Positions 12,736-27,059 are shown, numbered from the whole stretch's first letter. The stretch: 63,251 nucleotides of DNA, filler included, from Bigelowiella natans CCMP2755 (GCA_000320545.1; 9 parts of 9 records of this genome joined end to end with filler, not necessarily neighbours in it); one strand, 5' to 3'. Made by a program: numbers and translations. Notes: a model not told the origin generated them from the sequence alone.

Positions 12736-15700
12736 ATGCGCGTATTAAGCGTAGCAGAGAAGCCTTCAGTGGCAAAAAAACTGGCACAGATTTTGGGCCG
12801 GTCGGGAAGACCGAATCAGCGCAGCGGTCCTTCGGTTTACAACAAGATCTTTGATATCAAAATGGAACTCGAAAACCAAAACGTGGATATGGCGATTACA
12901 TCCGTCACTGGACATCTCATGCAATTGGAGTTCGAAGGTAATTACAGTAGCTGGGGAGCTGTCTCTCCAAATGAGCTGTTTGATGCGCCGATCTCGAAGT
13001 CAGTGCCAAAGGATAAAAAGAATGTGGAAAGAAACCTTCAAATTGAGGCCCGGAAGGCCCAGTGGCTCGTCCTATGGCTCGATTGTGACAGAGAGGGTGA
13101 AAATATAGCGTTTGAAGTCATCCAAGTGTGCTGCAGTGCAAATCGCAACTTGAGGATATCACGTGCACAGTTTTCATCGCTCATTCCGGCAGACATTTGG
13201 AGGGCTGTGCGAAGTTTGAGAGATCCCAACGAAAATCACTCCATCGCTGTTGATACGCGCCAAGAGCTTGATCTACGACTCGGAGCAGCTTTCACCCGGT
13301 GGCAAACAATGCACTTTCAGAAGCGGTTTGAGGGTGTGGACGGAGTCGTAAGCTACGGGCCATGTCAATTTCCCACTCTAGGCTTTGTGGTGGAGAGGTT
13401 CCTTGAGAGGGAGAGCTTCGTTTCGGAGCCATTTTGGAAGATCGCTGTCACCCATAAGCCTGAGAAAGATGGGCCTACCGCGTACTTCAGCTGGGAGCGA
13501 AGACGTTTATTCTGCCACTTTTCTACATTAGTCTTATATAGGTTATGCCTAGATAACCCGATCGCGACGGTCACGGACTCCCATGCACGTGAAAGTAATT
13601 CTTAGAAACTAGTATAAAGTAACATGGACCCCTTTTTTTTAAGAAAAAGAACAACGAGGAAAGACCAATCGCTCTTTTCAGAACGGCATGTAAATGTGAT
13701 GCGTTCTACCTGCCCAAATAATCCATACATCATCCAATTAATATCATTTTATTTAGAACTGAACTTTTGTTTCTATGTCCCACTAAAAATTAGAGCTCTT
13801 TTATTTATAGCTTTGCTCGCATGCAATACTCCTGAATGGTGGTTCCCATCATTTTTTTCACAGAGAGAAAATACCGTCCGTACCCCTTGGCAACTGTGGA
13901 GTTTCAAAAGAGGGCTGTCCGGTATCTACGCATGGACTCAAAGCGCGCAATGGACGTGGCGGAAAAGTTATATCAAAAAGGAATTCTTAGCTACCCCCGC
14001 ACAGAGACAGACAAGTTCAGTAATAGGATACAGGACAGATGCGGACATATCCGTCATTATTACCTCCCACTGCACATTGATACAATTACACTACCTTTTA
14101 CTTCTAAATTCCCCTATCCTGACGAATTTTCTGGAGTTTCTTTGTTTCTTTTTTGTTTTAAAAGTTTTCCTATTCTTCTTTTCATGATATAATAGGTTTA
14201 GCAAGGACTTTGACTTAAGGAGCTTGGTGCAGATTCAGACGCAGTCCCCAGCTTTTGGGGCTTACGCGACTCGTTTACTTAATAATAACGAGTTTCAGAA
14301 TCCGCGGCAAGGAAGTAACGACGACGGAGCGCATCCCCCGATACACCCAAAAACCTTTGACCCCTCTCTTTCCGGCGACGAGAAAAGAGTGTTCGATTTA
14401 GTCGCGCGTCATTTCCTCGCTTGCTGTTCCCAGGACGCAATAGGCCATGAGACAACCGTAAAAATTAGCATCGGCTACGAGTCGTTTGTCGCGACGGTAA
14501 GGAAGTATGACATAGAATCTATTTGCATTTAGTATAGCAGCTCATTGCTCGGTTCCAGCAATCAGAACATCTTTATTGCGAACCACCACCCACCACCACA
14601 GTTGTAACATGAGTATCAGTCTGTATTCGGACATCCTGATCAGCAGCAAAGTAGTTGATGCAGCAGGGACCCCTCTCTCTTAAGAACATGCCCATTTTTC
14701 TAACTCACACCCTTTTTTTGGATCAGGGTTTGATGATTACTGCCCGAAACTATCTTGAAGTTTACACGTTTGAGCGATGGAATACCAAGACGATTCCAAT
14801 CTACAATCTCGGACAAGAATTCACGCCGAGCAGTTTACGTTTAGAAAACGGGAAGACCGAGCCGCCAAAACTTCTCACCGAAGCAGACTTAATACAGCTG
14901 ATGAACAAGGTCAATGATAGTGGTAAACCGTACAGACAATACTAAGCAGAAACATATTAAGCTCGATTTGCAATTTAAAACTGTACAATCCGCTTCCAAA
15001 CACCACAATAATATCTCCAATATGTGTTTGTGCATCATAGAATGGAATAGGGACGGACGCAACGATTGCAGAGCACATTTCCAAGGTGAAGGATCGCAAC
15101 TACGTTTTGATGGAAGGCCAATTCTTTAAGCCTTGCAACCTCGGCATCGCTCTTGTTCAAGGGTACAAACGCCTGGAGCTAGCCATGTCGTCCCCTTATC
15201 TCCGCCAAAAGATGGAAGCTGATATTTCAGAAATCGCAGAGGTTATTCCCTCATAATTACAACATTTTTTGCTCTTTCTTCAATTTGATGCATCGTATGT
15301 ATTTTTTTACTAGGGGAAGAAAAGCAAACAAGAGGTTCTACGAGACTGCCTCGGCCACATGAAGGAGGTGTATGAGACGGTACAGCAACTTTTTTAACAT
15401 ATATCACAAATAAGTCGTCCAATCGAGTGCAGCAAGCAATTTGAAGAAAACTGAAGGATAATCGTGTAGCCCTTAATAAAAAAAGAGAGAGAGGGAGAGA
15501 AAGAGAGGGAGCAGCAGCAGCAGCAAAAGAGAGGAGGGGTCAGAGAGACAGTAATCATACTGCATTTTTGTACATAGATTCTCGGATCGGCGAATCTGAT
15601 GGAAGAGGAGATGGCGCATCACTTCCTTCCTCTAGGTGAGGGGGGCGAGTCGAAGACCATCCGTCGCCAATTCTCACATTGTGGCAGTTGCGATTCTATG

Positions 15701-17179
15701 ATGTCGCACCGCAAAAGCAGCGGCGTGAAGAGATTTCTGCGATGTGACACCTGTGCACAGTCTCACCTGCTACCTAACAATGGATCACTCAAACCGATGG
15801 ATTTCCGCTGTCCCCTCTGCAACTTTCAGGTGATTAACCCAACAAAGTACTAATAGTTGGTGCTAGTCGTCGAATCTATGCTGTTAACTAGTAGATGGTT
15901 AGCGAAATCGCATCCTAAATGCGGCGCTTTCGTCATCCTTCGCCTCCTCTTGTTCCCGTGCTTATTCTGCTGTGCCTCTTTTCTTTCCCCCCAATTGATT
16001 AAGATTCTGGAAGTTACCAACACTACAAAGAAAAAGTCCCACACTGTGTGTCCATACTGCTACAACAATCCGCCCGTGCGCGACATCGAGGATGCAGCTG
16101 AGAATGTAATCTCAGAGCGCATTATCGTTTGTTATCGGATGTTAAAACTGCTCAAAATCGAAATAGAATTGACAAAGTATTACAACGTGACGAAATTTAA
16201 AATATCAGGGGGGTAACATTCGCGGATTTCGCTGCTTTAATTGTTCTGAGCCTCGATGTGCAATGGCAACGAAAAGAGACGAGAAACCAATATTTCCCTG
16301 TCGTAAGTGTCCTGGAGCTCTGTCTGTCAAAGTCTCAGTAAAAAACAACAAGGTCGAAATATTGCCCAAGTACCATTTTCGAAACTCTCTTTTTTAAATA
16401 TTTTCCATTTCCTTTCTCTTCTCCTCCACCCTTCTCTGTTTCGGTTCATTGTATTTTCAGAGGAGGCACTTTCTCGGGTGCAACAAATATCCAAAATGCA
16501 GCTGCTCAGTGTTCATAACCGGAGCGAAGAGCGTGGAGCAGACGAAGATTCAGTGCGAAAGATGCTCGTGCCCATCCCGGCCTGCGTTCAAACTGAGATT
16601 CGTTTTCGAAAGATCTGTTCACCCCACTCTCTCCTCCGTCCCCGAGTTCGTAGGATGCATTGGGTAATATGTGCAGTAATATCAATACCGCGAGCCATTT
16701 CTAAGTAAAAATCCAATGGGATATTGCTCTGTGTAACCTTCACAACATTTATTCTATCACTTTCAAAATATATTTGCGCTTTGTTTCATTTTTCTCCCCA
16801 AATCAGATGCTCTGCGGATCTCGCTGCTGTGTTGCGATGGTCATCTGACAAGAGCACCAAGGGAGGAAAATATAGCAAGTCTTCTTCTCGTAAGAGGCCG
16901 TCATCAACGAATTTTAGTGCTACCACTGGGAATAGGAAGCAATACCAAAGACTAAATTTAGATCACAGGCAAAGCAACAACTATAAATATGAAAAAAAAG
17001 CCAACGGGAAAGCCAAGAAGGGAACCCGAAACGGGAGCGGTAATAAATTCTATTCTCGCCAGAATAAGGCGAGTTATAGTAGGAATGGCAGTGGTAGTAG
17101 TAGTTATTCTGACGGAGGTTTCAAATGCTTCAAATGTGGCGAGTCAGGTCATTTTGCGAATAAATGTCCAAATAGATGA
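12736..17179 (+). CDS. TOP3A: DNA topoisomerase III alpha (type IA), multi-exon, with C-terminal Zn ribbons and a CCHC knuckle
   Basis: [37 protein letters not shown], active-site [36 protein letters not shown], CxxC repeats and terminal [14 protein letters not shown]. Confidence 0.97.
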
Positions 17180-17651
17180 GCACGTTGGCAATTACTAGAT
17201 TAAACAAATGAAATAATATGTCCGATCCGCGTATGCAAATGTGCATGTGTGTCTAACGCTAAACGAGAGACCCAATAGGTTATGCTGGTATGGTGAGCTT
17301 GTGCATATTTATGCAGTTGGCTAGCTAGACTACACTACACACATCTGACATGCCAAATTACCGTTGCGATGAGCTCACATCATATTCATGCAACCTGCTA
17401 GACATTGATGAAGCTACACATTACGGGCACTATCTATCTAGCTATAGCAGCGATGAAGTGTGATACAACAAAGCTACGCAACTACGTGTGGATCGAGGCG
17501 GGACATATATCGTCGCTATGATGTACTTAGGCAGCGCGTGAAGTACGTACTCTCCAAATATTGCAACTTCGCGAAATGATGTCAGACGTGTTATGATTTT
17601 CGGTTTGTTTTACATGTACTCAAAATCATCTGGGCATGCTGAATAGAATGT

Positions 17652-18912
17652 CTACACGATGCGCTCAAGTTCTGTGGCGAAACCCAGGGATTCTTCGATG
17701 AGATCCTTTGACTTCAGCTCCAGCTTGGATTCTACCTTCTGATTCCAATGGATCTCACCACTCTCAATGCTCCACCCGCGTTTCTGGGCATATGCTTTAA
17801 TTTTTTCGTCAGTGTCTAAGAGAAGGAGTGTCTTCGCTTCCTTAAATGGCACGCTCTTGTACGCTTTCATGCTACATTCAGATATCCGTTCCCTGATAAA
17901 AGCATACGGATGCTCAGCTGATTTTGGATCATACGAATATGAGGTTAGTACCTAACAGTGTCCACAAGAGTATCCATGAAATAGATGTAGTAGTCACTGG
18001 GAATTTTCTCCCTAGCCTTGCGCACTTTGCTGTAGCTACCTTCCATTAATCTCTGTTCTACTTCGATGGGATATGAGATATATATGTCCTTTCTAGCTTC
18101 TAACGGAATCAGTTCTAGCTCTGTATGGAATTCCGACAGCTTGCTCTCCGCCAAAAGGTGCATAAGGTTGAGTCCAAGAATCATCCATTTCCGCGCAGAT
18201 TCCAAGATAACGTCGCTGATAGGTATGAATTTCAGCTCGAGGGTGGGAGTAGATGTGAATACAATTAGACCTGTAATCTCTGTAGTAAAGCTGAACTTGA
18301 GCAATATGGCGCTTGAAGGAATCGATATCCCTTATTGTGGCACTGTACAAAGTTGCGAGCTCCAGAGCCTCACCTGAAATTTTTAAATTAAGCTGTGCTT
18401 CGAAAAGGTACAGGTGCGTGCACATTTCCGCCAAAATTATTCTCCTAACTGAAAGAGTACAATGTGGTAAGATTGATTAAAAACTTACGGGAAAGTAACA
18501 GTTGCTCCTTTGCTGCTTTCATATCGGTTTCCATCGTAGTTGTAGCGTCAAACTCCAACATTGCAATCTATGCATGAGATAATCATATTTACATTTCCAT
18601 GATCTCTCATATGCGATGAACAAAGTGGCTAGATGCCTACATCTTTCCTGACGTTCGATCATATTATCAAGGCTATATATCTTATATCGTGTGATATCCA
18701 TCCACTATCACATGCATTCTTGCGCAATTAAGGAAGAAGAAAAATGATACATGCTTTGCTCAAAAATTTGAAGGATTTGTTGAATATGATACCTTAATCT
18801 TCGTTAGTGTAGCTGCCCCTTTTTTTAGAGCACCTGCATCCTTATTGTTGGCCTCCAGTGTCCTAAGGGCTGATTTGAAATCATTCAGCAGCGGCTTCAT
18901 AGTGGTGGCCAT
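17652..18912 (-). CDS. RPN12: 26S proteasome regulatory subunit RPN12/PSMD8, 5 exons
   Basis: REALELATLYS...DIDSFKRHIAQVQLYY; ILGLNLMHLLAESKLSEFHTELELIP; YPIEVEQRLMEGSYSKV; C-terminal ATELERIV*. Confidence 0.95.
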
Positions 18913-19833
18913 TGCTCCAGGTGCCTTCGCACTGTGTGACTCATAAAGGCACATCTGATTCGGTGAGATTATCGTAAAATGGAAAATTATCACCAAATTT
19001 AGATGTCGTATGTATCAAATATAATGTAATCATTTTTATTTTTGATTTAAGTTGTACTTATTTACGGCTTAACGAAACTCTCACTTCGAAGAAGAAAATG
19101 GTCCTCTATTTGTCTCAGATACTTCATTTTCAAGATAAATTAAAAATTTAGTGAAATACATTTAAAATTTGGGAACAATGATGAGACAAAGCCGATATAC
19201 CTTCGATGTCTCCCAACTACTTTGGAGAAAAAATCCAACATATAGTTTTAAATTAAATGATACATAAATTTACAAAGGAAAGGACAAACGACAAATATTT
19301 TATGATGTCGTACTATATATTTAGAAGAAACTAAAAAATATGTGGACAATACATTCCTGCGACATGCACATCTTGATACGAGCTTCGGAAGACCTTTTGC
19401 CGAATCTCAAACCATACTGATCCCAGAAGGTGGTGAGTAATTTCGTTCAAAAAAATCATAAAGAAAGGGGATTTTTGCAAATTCAGTCTGCGAGGAAGCA
19501 ACTGTAGGTCTTAACTTCGGTGGATTTTATGGCTGCCCACCCCTGCTGTACTGGGCTCTATTTTTTCCCCCACGCTCTCCCTGCTGATATACGAACATTT
19601 CTGGATTATCACTCAGTTTATTTTCACTCTGAATTTATATGAATATACTCCATTGTCTCGGAAATACGGGAAAGCTTTATATATCTGGGCGTTGTTTTTT
19701 CAACAAATATTAACATGAATTACGCCACGGAGTTATCTGTGATACTTGTTTTAAACCTCTCACGATCTTGCCTACTTTAAGGAACGGTTTGATCTCCTCT
19801 CTCTATGCTTGGGTGAGAGTTCAAGCAGCAAAT
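18913..19833. promoter_or_regulatory. AT-rich divergent intergenic region between RPN12 and the PP4R1-like gene
   Basis: Head-to-head arrangement, AT-rich, normal TpA content. Confidence 0.4.
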
Positions 19834-20495
19834 ATGAACCTGGGAGGTAAATGCACATCTGAGTGTTGCATGGGTGCGGCCAGCTCTCACAATACATATT
19901 TCTGATGATACACATGATACTTAGTGAACCGGAGTGGATTTGCTGCCGACGAACGCTTGTCGGAGGTGCAAAGGATTGTGAGATACAGCTTCCATTCAAT
20001 CCCGATCACCAGGTTACAGAAAGGGGCAATAAGTATCTTAAGCCCACTTCTACCGAGATATTGTTTCTGCAGAGTGGTCGCGTATCTGTTCATTACGGAC
20101 TGATCACATTCTTTCTAGAAAAACTGTCTTTGGTACCTATTGCAACTTCATTACAATTGTCACAAATGAGGGTGTCTCGCAGGTTGGCCTACGTGCGAAG
20201 AATTGGGGATTGCGCAGCCAATGTAGGGAAGCACGTGGCGCAGAAACAGCTGCTTCCTCTCCTGCCGCGGGTGAAGTAGTCTATGCAAACAAATTTACTA
20301 CCATAATGCTGTCTAAATGTGATCGAAAAAGTTGTTCGTCCAGTAAATAAGTATGTTCTGAAGTACCTACCATCTACGTCTCTGACAGATTCAAAGGGAC
20401 CAGGAGAAGGATGTGCGCTCCGCACTCGCCGAGCAGCTGGGAGAGCTTGCAGAAATATTGTCGGGCCGTGGGGATCAAACCGAGAAAAAGGAGGT

Positions 20496-20575
<80 letters not shown>

Positions 20576-20912
20576 TTAATATAGTACAGCCTTCAAGCTA
20601 CTAATGCACCCCCTCTCCCTTTTTCTCAATCCCAGGACGAAAAGAAGGTGGAGGTTTCAATGGATGAGGTACTTAGATGATCACAACATCACCACTCGAA
20701 CAACAACTACCAAAATACGTCGAATGGCCGCTTAATGGCTTCTCTCATACTCCCATTCTTGATGTTGGATACCGTCTTCTTCTTACCGTGAGTATTATCA
20801 TCATTAGACACTAGAGAAGCTCAAGGCAAATCCGAGTGTCATCTTGAATCTTCAGTTGGGCATCTCCACTCAGGTTGCTGGCGCATTGATGGCAATTTTT
20901 GATTATAACACA

Positions 20913-20956
<44 letters not shown>

Positions 20957-21359
20957 CACACACACACACACATGGCGCATATATCGCAGAACCCTCCCCA
21001 GAACGGCGTGGGCGTCTTCCTCAAGATCTCGCAGCAGCGCAAACTCCTTCACGAAACAGAGATAATCTGGGACAACGACGAAGACGACGACGCCGCCGTC
21101 GCGCCACAGCTCTTGTGGAAGCAATTCGCGGTGAAATTCAAGAACATCGACGTCAAGATGCCGGTGAAGATAGTTTGCTGGACCAAGGAGAACAAGGGCC
21201 AGAAAACAAGCGATTTCCTCGGCATGGTCGTGATGGAGCTCAGCAAACTTCTACAATATACGTCCAAATCATCGTAAGGAAAACAACGAAACCCTAATCA
21301 TCATTTACACGTATGGAGTAAAGTATTAGTAAATATGATGTAAAGTATATGTAAATATG

Positions 21360-21401
<42 letters not shown>

Positions 21402-22469
21402 GTGTGTGTGTGTGTGTGTGTGTGTAAGAGGGAGGGGACGAAGGGACGTTTGTTAGCCTTTTGGGCAACATTCCCCAGCTCGCTACGATTTCCTCCACCA
21501 CCACCAACATCACCTTGAGAAGGCGCTTCCTGCGCACCTTTTTATTCCATCATCGTTGTGCTGTCGTGAGATCGGAATTATACTCTCTTTTACTCTTCCC
21601 CTCTCTCTTTCATCCCCCCCGCCCCCCTCCTCGGCCAAAGGATCCCGCTCTGCAACCGTTTCAACACGCCGCTTAAGGACCATCAGCTACGTCTGGAAGT
21701 CATCGCTATGGATCCCCCATTAGATATCCGTGCTGTTCCGAACCATCTTCATCACCACCACCACCACGCTGCTGCCGCCACCAAGGAGCAGAAGGCTATC
21801 ACGCATAAGCTCATCCCATGCATTCAAAAGCTGCTTATAGATGAAGATGCGGTGGTGAGGGAGAAAGCCTGTGAGGCTCTTGTGAAGGTGCTGCCTGATG
21901 AATAGAGAAGAAGTAGAAGAAGATGCTGCTCTTTGATGATGTATCATTAGTTCCAACAACGCACAGAATCGTCATCTCGGTGAACATTACTATCTAGGTG
22001 GCGTCGGTATTAGACGAGGAGCAGATGCAGACAAACGTCCTTACTGTGGTGCTGCTTCTAGCTCACGATGAGAACGAACAACACAAGATCATAGCCGCTA
22101 AGCTACTCAGCAGCTTGGTAACACGCCTTTCTCCCATGTGATGTCGTCATCTTCGCTCCACAAAACCTGCACCGCCTTTCTCGCGTGCGTGCGTGTGCGT
22201 GTGCGTGTGTGTGTGTGTGTGTTTGTGTATTTTACGGCCTTTCCTCCCAGGCGGAGATACTCGGACCTTTGCTTTGCAGTGAGTTCTGTGCCCCCGAGCT
22301 TGTTCACCTCGCCGATGACCCCAAGTGCTCCGTAAGGAAAGCAGCTGTGCAGAGCTTTGGCCAGGTGGGGGATGTGATAGGACGACGAATCGGAAAGGAT
22401 ATTTGAAGTTTTCCCAATATGTAAAATTATGAACGCTCGTAAACGCAAAGCAATCAAACAATATAAATA

Positions 22470-22538
<69 letters not shown>

Positions 22539-22715
22539 GTATGCATAGGTTGCGAAGATTGCAGGGGCGGACGTAGCCAAGAAGAAGCTGCTGCCTTCCT
22601 TCCGCCAGATGGCCAAAGACCAGGTCATTCAACTAGTGAAATACCCAACATGTAACTACCACTCCTTCGCGTGCCCCCCCTCTCCTCTCCCGGTCGCTCG
22701 TATCATCGCATTCGT

Positions 22716-22748
<33 letters not shown>

Positions 22749-23662
22749 GTCATCGTCATCGTTGATGACAGGTCTGGTCCGTACGGAAGAGTGTAGTGGA
22801 GCAGCTGGTGGAAATGGCAGCAGCCTCTGATGCTGCTGCTGCTGGTGCGGCCGGGAAAGGCACAGCGGCCGTTTACGCGCAGATGTTTGAGGATTTTGCC
22901 AACGATGGCTCGCGGTGGGTGAGGAACAGGTAGTAGTTTGGTTGATGATGGTGATAGTGATGAGGAGGAGGAGAAGAAACGGATGATGATATGTGGTGGT
23001 GGTGGTGGTGGTGGTGGTGATGATAATGATGATAATGATGATGATACTATTTTGCCTAACTCGCGTGCATTGACTGCTCATCAGCGCGTTTGAGGTGTTG
23101 GGCAGGCTGATCTTCACTCTTGGAGAGAACTCGACTAAGTCGCTCCTGCAATGGTTCTGCAAGATCCCGACACTAGCAAGGTGGGGGTAGGGGGCGGGTG
23201 AAGAGGAGGAGGAGGAGGAGAGCGGGTGTGAGCGTATGAAATACTCGAGACGAATTCTCATAGTAGTAGTGGTAGTGGTAGTAGAAGTAGCAGCAGCAGT
23301 AGATTCCTCTATGAGCCTTGGATTTGCTATTTCTGGGACCCCAACGAACATAGTAGTGTGCTACCTGTTCCGCAACTGTGTTTGTTGCCCATTGGAAACA
23401 GAGAAAGAATTGCCCTTCCTCAATGCTCCCCTCACTCTTCTCTCTCCTTCCTGCTCCTCCTCTCACGCTGCTGCTGCTGCTTCTCATTTCACAGCACGAA
23501 GATCGATCAGGAATGCAACTTCTTCTGTGCGTACAACTTTCCAGCGGTGTCCATGACCGCCGCCACCAGTAGCAGCAGCAGCAGCGGTGCAGGGGGGGGA
23601 GGAAGCTTCAGTCGTTTCCCTGAACTGCTCACTGCGTACCAGCAGCTCTGCAAGGACACGAG
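19834..23662 (+). CDS. PPP4R1: Protein phosphatase 4 regulatory subunit 1-like HEAT-repeat protein with a C2-like insertion; 3' truncated by contig end
   Basis: Spliced: ADERLSEVQRIVRY...R|LAYVRRI...LLPLLPR|IQRDQEKDVRSALAEQL; LLIDEDAVVREKACEALVK; LADDPKCSVRKAA; DQVWSVRKS; and CAYNFPAV, typical of the PP4R1/R4 family. Confidence 0.8.
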
Positions 23663-23720
23663 GTGAGCACTTGAGAGAAGAGAGGGGGGGGGGGGGGGGG
23701 AGGGAGAGAGAGAGAGAGAG

Positions 23721-23820
23721 NNNNNNNNNNNNNNNNNNNNNNNNNNNNNNNNNNNNNNNNNNNNTTAATTAATTAANNNNNNNNNNNNNNNNNNNNNNNN
23801 NNNNNNNNNNNNNNNNNNNN
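23721..23820. other. Artificial contig spacer
   Basis: N44-TTAATTAATTAA-N44 (stop codons in all frames). Confidence 0.97.
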
Positions 23821-24146
23821 CAAGGGGGGTGAGGGGGGGAGGATAAAGTTCCGCAAAATGTGCAGTTTTTTGTGCAGAGGAGTTTATGGGTTTATATCTC
23901 TCCGTGTGTGTGTGTGTGTGTGACAGACGTTGTCTGCTGTAGAGCCTTGCCACCCAACAACTGGGAATCGAAATTTTGGGAGGGTCACCGTCAATCCCAG
24001 CGGCTGGGGGATATTCCCATTTGCTCCCCCTAAATTTCATCGAGGGGGGGGGGGGGGGGGGGAGAGTGAGAAGAGATGAGATGGCGATAATCTACATGTG
24101 TCCCAAATATGACACTTTCATCGTCACCATCCATCATCATCACAAC

Positions 24147-25200
24147 TAGAGGGTAGTCGAAATTTGCCCACGACCTTGAAGGCTCCTCCTCGAGAGTAGC
24201 TGCGCCACGCTCTTTGTGCTGAAGGGCGCGGTCGAGGGCGGCGGCTTTTTAATGGACTGCAACCGGTAACTCTCCAGTTTATCGAGCCACTTCATCTCCA
24301 TCCCTGACAATTCAAAACAAAATATTTACATGAATGCTTAGATAGGTGTGCGCGCGCGCGCATGTGTGCTATGTATATAAAGCCTCTACCTTTTGTCGCA
24401 GCCTGTGTGACGCCACTCATATGTCGCGCGTGGTGCGCTTGATGCTGCGCCGAGATCGATCTCGGCAGACTCGATTGCACTGTCGGCACATCTCTAGACC
24501 CGTAACTACGGCCCGGAATTGGGGGGGAGGGGGCTGTGCTTCCTGGGGGATTTAGAACTACATGCCGCACGCCCGTCTCCAGGAGTCTCTGGTCGGATAT
24601 CAGCCGCATCTCACCCTCGCCGATTAAGTTCCCTTGTAAGTAGAAATCGGGGAGGGGGGGGGAGGGAGAGAGGATGTCAATGATAAGGCACGAGAGGGAA
24701 GTGGGCAAACATGCACGGTTGATGAACCATCGCCAAGCTTGCTCCATGGTAATCGCGCAGACAGTTGTGCAAATCGTCAGTGCCAACGGCACTACCAACC
24801 TTTCTTTCCCGTTGTCCCGCCAATACTGTTGCGCCAACCACCTGTTGTTGTAAGGAGGCCAAAAATGAAACACAAATAATAAGGCTTTCACACACACACA
24901 AACACATATGTACATTCACATGTATAATACACATATAATATTCATATGTATATTGGCAACAAACCTTGATTTGTGTAGTTGGAGAAATCCTCGACGTCAT
25001 CCTCACTATAGTCATCGTCGTCGCCGTCATCATCCCATTCACATCCTCTTAACCTCGTCCTTCTTCTAGCGACGACCTCCTGCCGCTGTTTTTGCTTCGA
25101 TTCGATCCTATCGTTGCCCTCCTCCTCTCCCTCGCCACTAGATGCCAAGTCCCAAAGCCGGAATACAACCACGCTGTGCATGAGGAAAGGAGCGAAGGTG
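24147..25200 (-). CDS. Fragment of a hypothetical multi-exon gene (reading frame not resolved)
   Basis: Exon-like blocks with GT/AG borders between microsatellite-containing introns; no family recognised. Confidence 0.25.
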
Positions 25201-25541
25201 AGTCAGGAGGAGGAGGAGGAGGAGGAGGAGGAGGAGGAGGAGGAGGAGGAGGAGGAGAGGAATGAGAGGAATGAGAGGGAGCCTTATCGTCGACATTTGA
25301 TTTGTGGTGTGAGACTGAAGATTCGGGGAGTATGGACGAGAAGAGGAGGAGAGAGAGGGGGGAGGAGGAGGGAAACGAGAGCGGAAAAGGAAAACGATAA
25401 AACGGGGGCACAGCTCGCACGGATACAGGTATAAAACAAGCGCTAGCAAGCACCCCTTCGCGGTTTTTGCGCGTATGAAATAAAACACGAAATGGACCTT
25501 GATCTCCAGTTCGTCGAGCTCAAGTCAGTGTACTTAACCTG

Positions 25542-25641
25542 NNNNNNNNNNNNNNNNNNNNNNNNNNNNNNNNNNNNNNNNNNNNTTAATTAATTAANNN
25601 NNNNNNNNNNNNNNNNNNNNNNNNNNNNNNNNNNNNNNNNN
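25542..25641. other. Artificial contig spacer
   Basis: N44-TTAATTAATTAA-N44. Confidence 0.97.
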
Positions 25642-26007
25642 GGACATCCGCCAAATGAATCCCTCCGTCTGTATCTCTTTGTCCACATGCTCAATGAATG
25701 TCGTCATTAGGATGTCATGATTATGTTCTCTCATTCACACTCTCACTCTCTCACACCCACACACACACACATGTGAAAATGTTCATGGCATAGCTTCCTC
25801 CATCGCCTTATCGTAAATTCTCACTTGTCCTCTCCCCGGTCTCGAATCTATATAGATTCGATACGGATCTCGCGGATCAGATAGATCGGCTTGGTCATTT
25901 GTAAAGGTCGCCACAGTACCCGGCCTATCATAATCTTTGTCATAGATGTATTATTTGTTTTAGCACTCTTGCAATGGGCAACGTGTTGGTCGCACATAAA
26001 GAGAGGG

Positions 26008-26045
<38 letters not shown>

Positions 26046-26515
26046 AAGGAAACCAGATTTTTCTTACGGGTCTGTGTCAAAATTGCGGCCGATTACTTGT
26101 ACACTTGTAGCTTGGACACCGGACCTGATAATGTTGAAGCAACCGTGGTTGGTGGCTGTACTACTCTTATACAATGCAAGGAGGGCTGTGGTTACAATTA
26201 TATTATTCCACTTATTATTTGTTGCACACACAAAGAGAGCGAGAGAGGTTGTGAATTTAAGAACCCGGATATATTTACTGCTTTGAGCTTTCTCCCGGAA
26301 TATCCGCTGTCTCCAATTAGCATGAAGGTATGACCCGTGGACGTATTGAATATAGAGAGTGACCTAGGTAACAGTAACCGACCAGAATGTTTTTTTAGCG
26401 TTTCTTCAAATTAGGATTGAAAATGGTGACAGTAACTTGTAGAGTCGTTGTCTCAAAAGCAAACGCTATCACGTCATGAACGCATATACAGTATAAAATA
26501 GTTTTGAGTATGTAT

Positions 26516-26558
<43 letters not shown>

Positions 26559-27059
26559 GTGTGTGTGTATTGCCTTGGTTTATCAAAATAGCCGTTCGTT
26601 CCGATCCCTAAAATAGCAACGATGACTTCAGCTATGAAGTGTGACAGTAAATCATACATTGTTATATACGCACACACACCACACAGAGATACAAATAGAT
26701 ATAACTACATTTGAAGATAAAACATATCATATTAAGGTTTTTTGACAGCCATCGAAATTCATATGTGTGCGTATCATCATGCGAAGCAACCATCTCCGCT
26801 TCCTTGGTTCCCGCCGATTAGCGTCGTTACTTCATTCGTTTGCAAATTAATAGCCCGAACCTTGTGATTCACTGTGTTCACATAGAGAATTATATTACGA
26901 TTTGGATCAATTATATTACGATCTGGATCAATGTAGAACGATTGTCTTCATACGGTATAATAATGATCATGACACCATTAGTGATATATCGAAAAGGCAG
27001 AGAATTTTGCACGTTAGATGCATTGAGCGTATTAGATGCATTGCACACGCAGCAGTAAG

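Noticed and set aside
23765-23776. Recurrent TTAATTAATTAA palindrome within N runs (8 times)
   Set aside because: An identical 100-nt construct each time, i.e. an artificial contig linker. Adjacency across these spacers is not evidence of linkage.
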